DNA of 44,597 bases from a virus (taxonomy: Duplodnaviria > Caudoviricetes), in the IMG/VR virus record IMGVR_UViG_3300033388_002660, positions 1-44,597 of that record. One strand, 5' to 3'. The notes under the pieces were generated by a model. That model was not told the origin of the DNA. It saw only the letters and a program-made list of their open reading frames with translations, and did no database searches. Positions 1 to 10,540 of the stretch are shown here, in pieces. The position numbers and the translations under genes were made by a program. Each line of letters begins with the position of its first letter. Position 1 is the first letter of the stretch.

Positions 1-114
1 AGGAAAGGCCGCTACCCGAAACAGTCCTACAAGAATTTGCAGGCAGCGCAGCCGAGATGTTCCCGTTTTTGGCTGAGTCTGCTAAAGCGGGTGGGTGGAG
101 AGGTTTAATGCTTG
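1..114. repeat. Terminal direct repeat / circular assembly overlap (copy 1)
   Basis: Bases 1-114 (aggaaaggccgcta...gtttaatgcttg) are identical to 44484-44597. Confidence 0.97.
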
Positions 115-3100
115 CGGGTGGAACTTGGTTGCTTGGCGCAGCTACGGGCTCCTCTGCAATAACCTATCCGCTCATTCCCGCTATGTATGCAGTTGGTCAA
201 ACGGCTGGCTCCCTGGAATTTGTCGGCAAGGTTGAGGCTGGCCTGGCTTATGTGGAGCTCCGGGATTTTGAAGATCCTGAAACCGGGGAAAAGATAAATG
301 AGAATGTGGCCAGGGCTGCGGCCTTTGGTGTTGGCTCTATTAACGGCCTCCTGGAACTGGCACAACTTAAAACATTAATTAATACTTTCCCAGGTGGTAA
401 GAAAGTATTGAGAGGACTCATAAATGATACTATTAAAGAGACTGTACAAACTGGCGCTCTTACAGATATCCTTGGTAGGGCTGTTACTCAGTTTGGTGTT
501 ACCGTTGTTAAGGAAACCACTCAGGAGCTTGCTCAGGAGAGTACCAATATTACGGCAGATGTTCTTTCCAGAAAAGTAACGAATTATCTTGATGGTACGG
601 ATCTTTCAGGACCGGAAAAGCAGGATATAATAAACCGGCTGACAGAGACAGCCAAACAATCAGCGCAAGCCTTCACCGTCTTAGCTCTTCCCGGTCCGAC
701 TATTTCAGCCGGTTTAAGTATAAAGGAAGTAAGAGCCAGAGAAGCAGCGACCAAGGGTCGCCAGGAACGGGCTCAAAAGGTTTTTAAGGCCACAGCATTC
801 CAGGAACTTAGAAAAGCAGAGCCTGTGGAGCCTGGGGCTCCTCCTACCGATTTTGACGTAACACCTGAAGAGATCCAGAAATATATCGAAACGCCCGAAG
901 AGTCCACTATAACCGATGAACAGCTTGACTCTATTATCGGTGATGAGGCAAACGAAGATGTTTTGATTGATAGAATGCTTGATGAGGCAGAGCTTAGGGC
1001 TGCGCCTGAAGAGATCGCAGATAAGCCGGTAACGGCAACGCTGAAAGAGCCTGCACAGGTCACAGATGAAGGTACACAGATTACAGAGAATGAATTTATA
1101 CCAGCTGACGTAGGCGAAGCCGAACAAAAAAAAGGCTTTGATGCCTGGAGCAAGGGGCTTGATGTTGTGGACGGCTCTGACATCATAGATGCGGACCCAA
1201 ACAAAGGCCATGTGTTTAAGGTGTTCCATGGCACGACACATGAGTTTAGCGTTTTTGATCCAACTATCAGGGGGCTCAAAGAGTCACAGTTTGGGGCTGT
1301 TAATTATTTCACATCGGATCGCGGGGATGCAGATCAAAATTACGCAGGCAGAGGCCCGGATCTTACAAATAGGATTGATAACCTTAAAGAGCAACTTGAA
1401 CAACAAATATCTGAAGAGTACGATTTTGATGATGATTATGATAACGAGATAAAAAGGGTGCAGGAAGATTTTGACATTGAGCTTGACCTTACCATTTTTG
1501 ATGTTTGGGAGCCACATCTAATAGCTGAGGAAATAGCCGCTAAAAGATTAGAAGGCGAAGATCCGCAAACTCTTGATGTTTTTGTCAGGCTTGATAATCC
1601 TGTTTTTATTGGTGGACCTAAAGAAACATGGATTGACAATTTAGATACTGAGCAATTCAAAGAAGAGGCCACAGAACAGATCCTTGACGAGAACGATGCT
1701 GATGAATCTCAGGTTGAAGAGTTTGAGGATGAGATCCAGGACAGAGTTTTTGAACTTTCACAAGACGAAGAGTTTGCAATCGTAACAGCTATAACCGACG
1801 CTATAAATGAGTTTGAGACAGATGTTGATATCCAGGACGTTCTTGCAAACATGGAACTGTTTGACGAACAGATCTCCGCGACTGATTTAGAAAAACAGCT
1901 CCGCGAAAATGAGGCGCTTTCGTTTGCTCAGGATTTTGACTCTGAAACAGGCGAGTTGATACAGTCACACGTAATAGGCCAGGTATTTAAAAACTTAGGT
2001 TATGACGGTATAGTTTTACAGGATGCAGGCAAGCGCTTTGCTAACATGAGCATGGGCGCTGACACGGCTCACGTTCATGTCTTTGGCGAAACGCCAGCGC
2101 AAATAAAAGAGATTGGCGCTCGTAGGTTTGATCCCGCAGATCCAGATATCAGGGCTGCGGTAGGTCAAGAGGCTCCAACACAAACACTCGATGAGGTCTC
2201 TCAAAAATTTGAAGATCAAGGTATTAAAAACTTTGTTAGTGAAAAAAATAATATTATTACACTTTCACAGATTGTTGTCCCAGAAGGTCAAAGAGGTGAA
2301 GGCGCAGGCACTTCATTTATGAATGATCTTGTTGTATATGCCGATCAGACAGGGCAACGAATAGCCTTAACGCCTTCTAAAGATTTTGGCGCAACGTCTG
2401 TGCTGAGGTTAAAGAAATTTTACAAAAGGTTTGGTTTTGTTGAAAACAAGGGTGGAAACATAGATCTGTCAATATCTGAATCTATGATTAGAGAACCACA
2501 AGCTCCGGCAGCAATAGGCGAAGCCGAAGAGCCCCTTTTAAGAGAGTTCACCGCAGAAGAGATCGAGCACGTTGGACTAAAAGAGGCCACAGAATCCGGC
2601 ATAATATCAACAGATGAGGCCGCTGTCATCGACGGCATACTCCAGAACTTCCCGGAAGCTTACCGAGCCCACTTTGTCCCACGTTTTTCAAAACAAAAAT
2701 TTGCTCCCACTGAGGCACAGCTTAAAGCCCATGGCATAGATCCTGCCACATCTGACCAGATTGTCAAAGGGGTGCTCCTGAGCGAAGATGTGCAGGGCTT
2801 AAAGGATGAAACCCGGAGCGTGGCCGTTATGTTCAGCGGATCTGATGTAACCACGTTCCTGCATGAGTTTGGGGAGTTCGCACACAAGAGGCTTTTGACA
2901 CCGGCTGAAAAAAAGTATGTGGCCGGCATTGCCAGGAAGAAAGCAAAGGGCAAATCTCCAAACGAGTTTTTTAGTGATGAGTTCAGAAATTTCATGGTAC
3001 GCGAGGTTGAGGAGAAAGATTCTCTTTATCCTCCTAAGCTGACAGAGCTTTTCAGGAAAGTAGCTGACTCTATCCGGGAGATATGGGAGCGGATCAGGAA

Positions 3101-6100
3101 TCTTCAGCCTACCCCGGCGCTTGATGAATTATTCTTCCAGATCATAACCGGCCAGAAAGAGATTGAAGAGATTAGTAGGCCAGGGGCCACGGCTGTCAGG
3201 CCGAGAGCGCAAGCGGCCAAAGGTGCAGGCGCGAGAACTTTAGGCGGTGCAATCCGGGCCATGGGCGGCATAAACTTTCTTAACTTCCAGGGTGAGCTTA
3301 AAGAATTGCCTGTTTCAGTGAAACGCCTTTCCAAAAAAAGCGGCGTGCCGATTGATGTGGCAGAGGTAAATTTAAGATCAGAGGGCTGGCTGGGTGAGAA
3401 TGAAAGTTTACTTGACTTGCTCAGAGATCCCGAAAGCATAAGGCGTGCCCGGATAGCAGATATAGCAGAATTTGCAGAGAAGGCAGAGAGGGAGCTCACG
3501 GACGCAGAAAGGGAATTGATAGCAGACGCAGATATCGAAGCTGAACAGCCACCGGACGGCGATTATGTTCGTATAAATGCTGAAGCAATCCCGGAAGGTG
3601 CAAAGCTTATAGTCATTGATGGCAAGTCTGCAAAAGGTTGGGGCGAATATACCGTTTCTAAAAAAGATCCTTTTGAGATTACCCTTAAAGATGTGCTCAC
3701 GGGTGAAGAGATCACGCTGACACCATTGGAAAAAGTCAGTTTAAAAGAAGACCGGATACCTGGAAGTCATTCAGACATTATAGACCAGGGCGCAAGCACC
3801 AGGATAAACAAAATAGTCGGCATAACCAAAAGCGCACAGCAAAGGCGCATACGTGACCTGTTACGGATCGAGGAGCTTGGTGGGGCTGAAGCTATAAGGA
3901 CTGCATTAAAAGTCGCGGCACAGGACGCAAGAGCCGCCCTGCGTGAAGGCAAGACAGAAGCTCTGGCCACCGAAAAGGCCAGGATGAGAGCCTTGATAGA
4001 AAAGGCAAAACGCCGGACCACATTGAGAGCTGATGCCAGAAAAACGAGATCCCGGGTCATCAGGGAATTAAAAACCTCCAAGGCAAAAAAAGTGGCCGGG
4101 AAACCAAAGGGCAAGTTTGGGCCAGAGCGCCAGGTTATCCTTGACCGGCTCAGGGAGCTCACAGGGCTCACACAGGCGCAGGCATCCACTGAGCTTGTTG
4201 GTAGGCTGGACAAATACGAAACAACGCTCCCAACGATAGAGGAGGCTCTTGAGAACAGAATCCTTGCCATTATGTCCCAGCCGGTTATTGAGGCCACTGA
4301 GCAGGATTTGACCTTTTGGAAAGATACCCTGGAAATCGTGCAGGCTTTAAAAGAAACAGGGAGAGCGGAAGTACAGCAACGAATAGCCGAAATAGCCGGG
4401 GAGAGAGCCGACCAGAGAGAGCAAGTGATTGATACCGTTGGCGGCGTAAGCGAAGAGGCTGCGGCAACTGGTCGCAGGGTGGTCGATACGGATCTGGGCG
4501 TAAAGCAAAGATGGAGGAACGCTTTTTTTGCCGGTGGCTTTCAGCTTGGGGCGGTCCAGGATTGGGATAACCTTCTTGACATCCTGTCCTTTGGAGATAT
4601 CGAAACAAAGCCAGGGGAGAGCGAGATAAGCAAAATTGGAAACGTATTTGATGCCCAGCAAGAAGAGAAAGAGGGCGGCATGTTGACCATGGAGGCATCA
4701 CAGCAAATCTACATGGATGCTTACGGCCTGGAGAATGAGTCGCAGTATATTACAAAGCTTGAAGAGGACACGGTTGAGCATGATCTGGGAACATATTTGA
4801 CGCTTACCGGAAAAGAAGTCGATCTCAAGATGACAAGAGCCCAGGCCCGGAAAAGATGGATGGAGTTTTCGGACAAATCTCTGCACGATCCTTTCTTTGC
4901 TGGAACTGACCAGGGCGGCAAGATGGGCATAACTACCGAGATGGTTGCTGCTATTGATGGCTTTCTGACAGATCAGGACAAGGACTACGCTCAAAGGCAG
5001 ATAGCTTTTTATAGAGAGTATTATGATACTGTTAATGAAGTTTACAAAGATATGTATGGGCTGAACCTTCCGCTTAATAATTTCTATTCACCAATTTCAA
5101 GAGAGGGCGTAAGCAAAGAAGAGGACGCCATTTTCGGAGAAATGCTTCAGGATGCTCCTTTCCGGGGATCTGCGGCCACAGCTGGATCTCTTAAAAGTCG
5201 TGTCAGGAACATGAACACAATCAAGCTCCAGAGCGACACAAACGTCTTGACCAGGCACATTACGGAGATGGAGCACTTCAAGGCATGGGCGACAAGAATC
5301 CGGGATCTAAACGCGGTGTTTGGGAATGAAGAAGTGACCAGGGCTATCCGGGAAAACTTCGGGTCCAACATGGTCAAGGAGATAAACAGCCACATCCAGG
5401 ATTTTGCCAGGGGCCGGATAGATCAAAGCGAAAACTACAACCTCCTGGATCAATGGCGGGTTAATTATACTCAGTCAGTCTTAGCCGTAAAGCCAAGCCT
5501 GTTTGTGAAACAGCTTACTTCTGTTATAGCCTTTGCCGATTCAATTCCTGTGAAAGATTGGGGCAAGGAGTTTGCAGGCGCATTGAAGAGCCCTAAGCGA
5601 GCCAAAGAGGTTATAAATGAGCTTTATGATAACTCAACATTCCTCCAGGAAAGATGGAAAAAGGGAAGTATAGAGCGCGATATCCTGGCGGCAAGACAGA
5701 CAGAAGAATTTAATAAAATGACCATTAAGCCCAGCTTTAAAAACCGGCTTATGTTTCTAATCCGGCTGGGAGATATGGGAGCCATTGTTTTTGGTGGATA
5801 CCCGGTTTATAAATATCATCTTGATAAAAACAAGGCCGCTGGCATGAGCGATGCCGATGCCCAGGCCGAAGCCATACGAACATTTGAAATGCAGGCGCAA
5901 TCCTCCCAGCAATCAAGTGACCTGTCAAAGCTTTCCAGGTTTCAGAAGGGTAGCTCACTATATAAGCTGTTCACTATGTTCAAGACAACGCCTTTGCAGT
6001 ATCTTAGAAAAGAGATATCAGCCTTGAGAAACCTGGCTGCTGGTAGAATAAGCGTGAAAGAGTTTAGCAAAACCATGATTATCTATCATGTTATGTTACC

Positions 6101-6563
6101 TGTAATTTTTCAGTGGGTGTCCGATCTGTTCCCCTGGGGCTCAGACGACGATGAGGACGAGGGCTTTCTTGGTCTACCCATAAATAAATCGACGGCCAGG
6201 GCGATGATCCTTGGCAATTTTAACGGCATATTTATATTTGGTGACATGCTTGATTGGTTGGTCAGTGAAACGCTTGGCGTGTTTGCTGGGGACGCAATCA
6301 GCATCCCACCGGCTCAAATAATCAAAGATGTGAATAGAACCATAAATGAATTTACATCCGATGATTTTACAGACGAAGATTTCTTGCAGGCAATAAGAGC
6401 ACTGGCCAGCGCAGCCGGTGGGGTAACTGGCCTGCCATTAAAAACAGCGGTAGATATGGGTACAGGCTTTAGTGATTTTTTATCAGGTAAATATGAAAAA
6501 GGCGCAGCCGAAATGATGGGCTGGAGTCCTCACGCAGCTGGCAAACGATTTGAGGAGGAATAA
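57..6563 (+). CDS. Giant polyvalent internal virion/ejection protein, C-terminal part; true start is ATG 43964 across the junction (~2,360 aa); ART-like, GNAT and degenerate zincin-like modules
   Basis: Open frame continuous with 43964-44597. ART-like motifs VFHGT...F..FD, NYFTSD, GYDGIV (~1206-2110); GNAT motif IVVPEGQRGEGAGTSFM...LKKFYKRFGF (~2240-2450); TFLHEFGEFAH (~2853-2885). Lies after the other internal virion genes and before the tail spike. Confidence 0.85.
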   Translation: MFPFLAESAKAGGWRGLMLAGGTWLLGAATGSSAITYPLIPAMYAVGQTAGSLEFVGKVEAGLAYVELRDFEDPETGEKINENVARAAAFGVGSINGLLELAQLKTLINTFPGGKKVLRGLINDTIKETVQTGALTDILGRAVTQFGVTVVKETTQELAQESTNITADVLSRKVTNYLDGTDLSGPEKQDIINRLTETAKQSAQAFTVLALPGPTISAGLSIKEVRAREAATKGRQERAQKVFKATAFQELRKAEPVEPGAPPTDFDVTPEEIQKYIETPEESTITDEQLDSIIGDEANEDVLIDRMLDEAELRAAPEEIADKPVTATLKEPAQVTDEGTQITENEFIPADVGEAEQKKGFDAWSKGLDVVDGSDIIDADPNKGHVFKVFHGTTHEFSVFDPTIRGLKESQFGAVNYFTSDRGDADQNYAGRGPDLTNRIDNLKEQLEQQISEEYDFDDDYDNEIKRVQEDFDIELDLTIFDVWEPHLIAEEIAAKRLEGEDPQTLDVFVRLDNPVFIGGPKETWIDNLDTEQFKEEATEQILDENDADESQVEEFEDEIQDRVFELSQDEEFAIVTAITDAINEFETDVDIQDVLANMELFDEQISATDLEKQLRENEALSFAQDFDSETGELIQSHVIGQVFKNLGYDGIVLQDAGKRFANMSMGADTAHVHVFGETPAQIKEIGARRFDPADPDIRAAVGQEAPTQTLDEVSQKFEDQGIKNFVSEKNNIITLSQIVVPEGQRGEGAGTSFMNDLVVYADQTGQRIALTPSKDFGATSVLRLKKFYKRFGFVENKGGNIDLSISESMIREPQAPAAIGEAEEPLLREFTAEEIEHVGLKEATESGIISTDEAAVIDGILQNFPEAYRAHFVPRFSKQKFAPTEAQLKAHGIDPATSDQIVKGVLLSEDVQGLKDETRSVAVMFSGSDVTTFLHEFGEFAHKRLLTPAEKKYVAGIARKKAKGKSPNEFFSDEFRNFMVREVEEKDSLYPPKLTELFRKVADSIREIWERIRNLQPTPALDELFFQIITGQKEIEEISRPGATAVRPRAQAAKGAGARTLGGAIRAMGGINFLNFQGELKELPVSVKRLSKKSGVPIDVAEVNLRSEGWLGENESLLDLLRDPESIRRARIADIAEFAEKAERELTDAERELIADADIEAEQPPDGDYVRINAEAIPEGAKLIVIDGKSAKGWGEYTVSKKDPFEITLKDVLTGEEITLTPLEKVSLKEDRIPGSHSDIIDQGASTRINKIVGITKSAQQRRIRDLLRIEELGGAEAIRTALKVAAQDARAALREGKTEALATEKARMRALIEKAKRRTTLRADARKTRSRVIRELKTSKAKKVAGKPKGKFGPERQVILDRLRELTGLTQAQASTELVGRLDKYETTLPTIEEALENRILAIMSQPVIEATEQDLTFWKDTLEIVQALKETGRAEVQQRIAEIAGERADQREQVIDTVGGVSEEAAATGRRVVDTDLGVKQRWRNAFFAGGFQLGAVQDWDNLLDILSFGDIETKPGESEISKIGNVFDAQQEEKEGGMLTMEASQQIYMDAYGLENESQYITKLEEDTVEHDLGTYLTLTGKEVDLKMTRAQARKRWMEFSDKSLHDPFFAGTDQGGKMGITTEMVAAIDGFLTDQDKDYAQRQIAFYREYYDTVNEVYKDMYGLNLPLNNFYSPISREGVSKEEDAIFGEMLQDAPFRGSAATAGSLKSRVRNMNTIKLQSDTNVLTRHITEMEHFKAWATRIRDLNAVFGNEEVTRAIRENFGSNMVKEINSHIQDFARGRIDQSENYNLLDQWRVNYTQSVLAVKPSLFVKQLTSVIAFADSIPVKDWGKEFAGALKSPKRAKEVINELYDNSTFLQERWKKGSIERDILAARQTEEFNKMTIKPSFKNRLMFLIRLGDMGAIVFGGYPVYKYHLDKNKAAGMSDADAQAEAIRTFEMQAQSSQQSSDLSKLSRFQKGSSLYKLFTMFKTTPLQYLRKEISALRNLAAGRISVKEFSKTMIIYHVMLPVIFQWVSDLFPWGSDDDEDEGFLGLPINKSTARAMILGNFNGIFIFGDMLDWLVSETLGVFAGDAISIPPAQIIKDVNRTINEFTSDDFTDEDFLQAIRALASAAGGVTGLPLKTAVDMGTGFSDFLSGKYEKGAAEMMGWSPHAAGKRFEEE

Positions 6564-6564
6564 A

Positions 6565-9288
6565 ATGATTAAGAAAAGATTTTTAGCAGTAACTATTTTA
6601 GTGTTAATGTTTGTCGCACAGATAGCAAGTGCGACTGTATCAAGCACCGTCACACCCCGGAAAGAATATGACGGCAATGGTGTGACGGTTAACTTCCCCA
6701 TCACGTTTGCATATGAGGTTAGCTCTGATGTGGTGGTTTTGCATACCGACGCAACTGGCACAGAAACCACATGGACAGAAGACGGCGCGGGTGATACAGG
6801 ATATACCGTTTCAAGCTCTACTGTAACCGCTAACACAGCGCCAGCTACCGGAACAACCTTGCTCTTATATAGAGAAGTGCCACTCACTCAGACGTTAAAC
6901 CTGAGACAAAACAGGCGCTTTAATGCGGAAACAGAGGAAAATTCTTTTGATAAGCTCACGCTTGCGGTCCAGGACAATAATGAAAAGATAGGCAGGGCTT
7001 TAAAGTTCCCTATAAGCAGTAATTATTCTGACTTGCCTTTGCCAGATCCGGTTGCTGGAAAGTTTATAAGATGGAACGCAGCCCTTACCGCAATGGAAAA
7101 CGCAAGCCTTGGAACGGTGGGCCTAAACCTTCCCGTATTACAACTATCTGATTATGCAAACTTAGCCGCCTTCGTTGCGGCGGTAGGGTCAACAGATGTT
7201 GAGTTGTGGGTTGATGTAAGCGAAACGATTTCGGCCACTGTGACAACCAACGCAAACACAACGATCCGTTTTATAAACGGGTTTATTTTTACGGATGACG
7301 CGAGCAACGCAGATTTAAACATTCTTGGCCCCATAATAGCTGTCGGGGATCAACAGTTATTTAATTGGGGGAATGGTTCTGGGTCGGTGTCGCTTCCTCT
7401 TTTCTATCTCAATTGGTTCGGTGCGGGACAAGGAGTCTCTGCCGATGATATAGTGGCTATGACCCAGGCTCTTGCTACAGGTGGTAAAATAGTGGGTGTC
7501 AGAGATGCAGATTATGATTTTGGGACAGATCAATGGATAGTTACGAGCGGTATGTCTACACACATCGACTGGAATGGTGCAAATATATCTACCAGTGTCG
7601 AATATACAAGCGGTGATTATATTGACGAAGCGGCAGATAATTATGTGTTTCTTTTCAGTGGCACCGTGGCCACGCTCCTTGAAAATGTGGTAGTCGAAAA
7701 CGGTGTTTGGGCTGGAATAGATTTGAACGTACATGCTTATAAATTTGTACGCTGCAAAAATCATACTATTAGAAATAATCATGTGACAGCAATGCTTTTG
7801 GCTTTTGACACGCACCACCCAGATGCACCGATGGCGGCTGCTGGCACAACACGCCCGGACGTGACAGAGGATTTGTCCGGTTATATCAACTACGGAGCGA
7901 CAGTTCGGGATAATGTTATAATGGGCGACGATGGTGGCGATTATGTTGGTGACGCTATTGATGGAACAGCAGCCATTAAAATGCGCTGGTCGTATGATTG
8001 GCTGGTGGAAAATAACTACATCGAGTATTGTCGGCAGGGTATCACTTGGAAGGGGGGAGCGTCTGACCAAGACGATGACGGCGAAATTATCGACGGTGAT
8101 GGTGATCCACGAGTATACTGGTCAAGAGGTAAGGTAGTGAGTAACACTGTTAAATTCATCACAAAGGGAGGGATTTGGGGCAATAACGGTGATATAATTT
8201 CTGTGGGAAATTACGCTGAACGATGCGGTGATTTTGGTCTCCACCCTGAAGGAGGCATTTTTGTTGATACTGCGTCTGAAATAAGAGATTGCGCCAACGG
8301 TATCGGACATTTTAGTTTTGGGAAATCTACAGTATATGTTGGAACGCGAGTCATTCTAAACGATTCAACTATTTTTACTAATTCTCATCTTTTCAAACAT
8401 ACTAATAATACAAGTGGCGACACAGGTACAGGTAAGTTAATAGGAGTTACATTTATAAACAACGATCCAACAATTGTAGGGCTTATTACGTTTCAACGTG
8501 ATCATGTATGGTCGATGGAAAATTGCGAGGGCGATAATGTCAAAATTGTCGCTGCCGGAACTAATCATGGGAAAAGGTTCATAGAGGGTGTTAAGTTACG
8601 ATATACTAATTCGGACATCACTGGCTTAGCTGCGTTTATTGCTATTGAAGTAGGGGGAATCGTTACGGATGGTGATGATGTTGCAAGGATAAATAGTAAC
8701 ACCATTGATGCTTCAGAAGTCACACTCCCGGCTGGTTGTACGGCGATACATGCGTATGGTGGGTCGGCTATCGCCATTGAGATCGACCATAATGCGATTT
8801 ACGGTACGTGGGAGAGGGAGATCACTTATGCCGATACTGCTGGTGGAGGTAATAAAAACTTTCAAATTACTAACAACGCATTAGAACAAGGAAATATTTA
8901 TTGTGTCAGTGAAGGCTATTACAGCGCAAACGCTCACGTAAGCGGTAATTATATCCATACTACAGCGCAACCAGCTTGGGCGGCAGAACCAGTATTCGGG
9001 GCGTATGCGCCAGGAGCATTTGAACGATATAGCGCACCCGCCTCTGGCGATTACATGGGATGGGTGTGTACTGGTGTCGGCGCAGCGGTGAAAGAGGTTT
9101 ATAATGCCGCTAATACTTACAGCAAGTATGAATGTGTTGAGGGTTCGGACGGTGCGGCATATTGGGCAAAAACAGACTTAACAGCCCACGTAGACAATGA
9201 TCCTGTTACTGGTGTAAGCCCGACGACAAAATGGGGTAAATATGAAACGGCAATCGGAGTATTTAAAGAGTGGGGGGGCATTACGTAG
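6565..9288 (+). CDS. Tail fibre/spike: T7 gp17-like N-terminal adaptor plus beta-helix body
   Basis: YDGNGVTVNFPITF...APATG..LLLYREVPLTQ...FDKLT adaptor pattern and N/G/D/I-rich beta-helix-like repeats. ATG 6565 follows a GAGGAGG RBS (the ORF track starts at 6550). Confidence 0.8.
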   Translation: MIKKRFLAVTILVLMFVAQIASATVSSTVTPRKEYDGNGVTVNFPITFAYEVSSDVVVLHTDATGTETTWTEDGAGDTGYTVSSSTVTANTAPATGTTLLLYREVPLTQTLNLRQNRRFNAETEENSFDKLTLAVQDNNEKIGRALKFPISSNYSDLPLPDPVAGKFIRWNAALTAMENASLGTVGLNLPVLQLSDYANLAAFVAAVGSTDVELWVDVSETISATVTTNANTTIRFINGFIFTDDASNADLNILGPIIAVGDQQLFNWGNGSGSVSLPLFYLNWFGAGQGVSADDIVAMTQALATGGKIVGVRDADYDFGTDQWIVTSGMSTHIDWNGANISTSVEYTSGDYIDEAADNYVFLFSGTVATLLENVVVENGVWAGIDLNVHAYKFVRCKNHTIRNNHVTAMLLAFDTHHPDAPMAAAGTTRPDVTEDLSGYINYGATVRDNVIMGDDGGDYVGDAIDGTAAIKMRWSYDWLVENNYIEYCRQGITWKGGASDQDDDGEIIDGDGDPRVYWSRGKVVSNTVKFITKGGIWGNNGDIISVGNYAERCGDFGLHPEGGIFVDTASEIRDCANGIGHFSFGKSTVYVGTRVILNDSTIFTNSHLFKHTNNTSGDTGTGKLIGVTFINNDPTIVGLITFQRDHVWSMENCEGDNVKIVAAGTNHGKRFIEGVKLRYTNSDITGLAAFIAIEVGGIVTDGDDVARINSNTIDASEVTLPAGCTAIHAYGGSAIAIEIDHNAIYGTWEREITYADTAGGGNKNFQITNNALEQGNIYCVSEGYYSANAHVSGNYIHTTAQPAWAAEPVFGAYAPGAFERYSAPASGDYMGWVCTGVGAAVKEVYNAANTYSKYECVEGSDGAAYWAKTDLTAHVDNDPVTGVSPTTKWGKYETAIGVFKEWGGIT

Positions 9289-9373
9289 ACGATTACCACG
9301 GTTTAATTAAGGGGGTGTAAAGTGTGGCCGAAACCTGAGATCATAACGCAACTTGGAGTGGTAAGGTGATAAA

Positions 9374-9778
9374 ATGTCAACAATAGGAATAGCGGTATTA
9401 CAGGCTACTATTATAGGGTTTATTCTTGGGTTGATCGGTTTGGGCTTTAAGATCGTCTTCGATTGGTTGAAAGGGAGAAAGGAGCCTGATATAGCTCCGG
9501 TGCGCTGGATGCATTGTGAGGACCATAACAACCAGGTTAAGCGTATAGATGACTGCGAGGTAGACATAGACGACTTACAGCGAAAACAGGTGGGACTTAC
9601 TGTTTTGGTCGAAGAAAGAACGAACAGCATTGAAAAGGAATTAAAAAACGGTAGTAAAAAGTTTGATAAGATGGCTGACAAGATGGGAGATATGAACACT
9701 ACCCTGGCTGGCCTTGTCGTTGTAATCGAAAAAGATAAGGAGTGTGACCAGCCCTGTAGTTTGGGGCGCAAGGGTTAG
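9374..9778 (+). CDS. Membrane protein with N-terminal TM helix and coiled coil (holin/lysis-accessory-like)
   Basis: Hydrophobic IGIAVLQATIIGFILGLIGLGFKIVF followed by a heptad-rich region; last gene of the rightward late unit. Confidence 0.55.
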   Translation: MSTIGIAVLQATIIGFILGLIGLGFKIVFDWLKGRKEPDIAPVRWMHCEDHNNQVKRIDDCEVDIDDLQRKQVGLTVLVEERTNSIEKELKNGSKKFDKMADKMGDMNTTLAGLVVVIEKDKECDQPCSLGRKG

Positions 9779-9877
9779 ACAACACCATTTATCTCCTTTA
9801 TAATTTTAACAGTTATCTCAATAGGGATCTTGACCGGCCTATCCTGGAAACCTTTTTCTTTAATGTCTATCCATAGC

Positions 9878-10540
9878 TCACAGTGGCCTATGCAGGATAG
9901 GCCCACACCATTTTTCTAAACATGGTATATAAAAATAGTGGCAGTTTCCGCATGTTTCTTGCATGGTTATTCCTCCTCTTTCAAACCACTCTATATAGTC
10001 GTTGTATTGTTTACCTCTACCCCTGAACCATCCTGTACCATCAACGGAATTAGCGCCGATGCTCTCAGCCCATTCAAGGCGTTTTTTAGTGTTCACCCTA
10101 CCAATATGCAGAAAAGGAGCAACACCCTTGAACTTGTCAGCGTTATTAAGTTTAAATTCAGTTGAGCCACCAATAAAACAGTAATGCGCTTCTGGTGGTA
10201 CATCTTTAGGCTCCATGCCGTCCTGACAGGCAAAAGCTAATGGGAAATCAATCTTTTTGTTGTATTTGTGCCAGCGCCTTAAAGTTTCTTCTGCGTCACA
10301 CACAACATCAGGACAGACCACAAACAAAGGATTAAGCTTTAATGTTTTTGTTTTCCGTAGCATAGAAAAAAATTTGTTTTCATCCCACACCTTAAAACAC
10401 CCGTTATCCAAAGCAAAGGGTATATAATGTGGTGGATTCTTCCATGAGAAAGGTGTATTTAAAATGCCGAAGCGTCCAGGATATTTCCCGGCAAAATAAT
10501 GGTTTATTCCGCTTAAATTATTTCCAGGCATTATCATCAT
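9878..10540 (-). CDS. TGT/queuine-ribosyltransferase-like (DpdA-like) TIM-barrel protein
   Basis: Motifs ALDNGCF, VCPDVV.DAEETL, QDG, FIGGS, HIGRVN and SVDGT follow the TGT-fold motif order. Confidence 0.6.
   Translation of the reverse strand: MMIMPGNNLSGINHYFAGKYPGRFGILNTPFSWKNPPHYIPFALDNGCFKVWDENKFFSMLRKTKTLKLNPLFVVCPDVVCDAEETLRRWHKYNKKIDFPLAFACQDGMEPKDVPPEAHYCFIGGSTEFKLNNADKFKGVAPFLHIGRVNTKKRLEWAESIGANSVDGTGWFRGRGKQYNDYIEWFERGGITMQETCGNCHYFYIPCLEKWCGPILHRPL

Noticed and set aside
1-114. Biological terminal repeat of the virion DNA
   Set aside because: It lies mid-gene and is more simply explained as assembly overlap; real termini cannot be inferred from this.
6565-9288. Diversity-generating retroelement targeting the tail spike, as in BPP-1
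   Set aside because: No reverse transcriptase ORF and no template/variable repeat pair seen.
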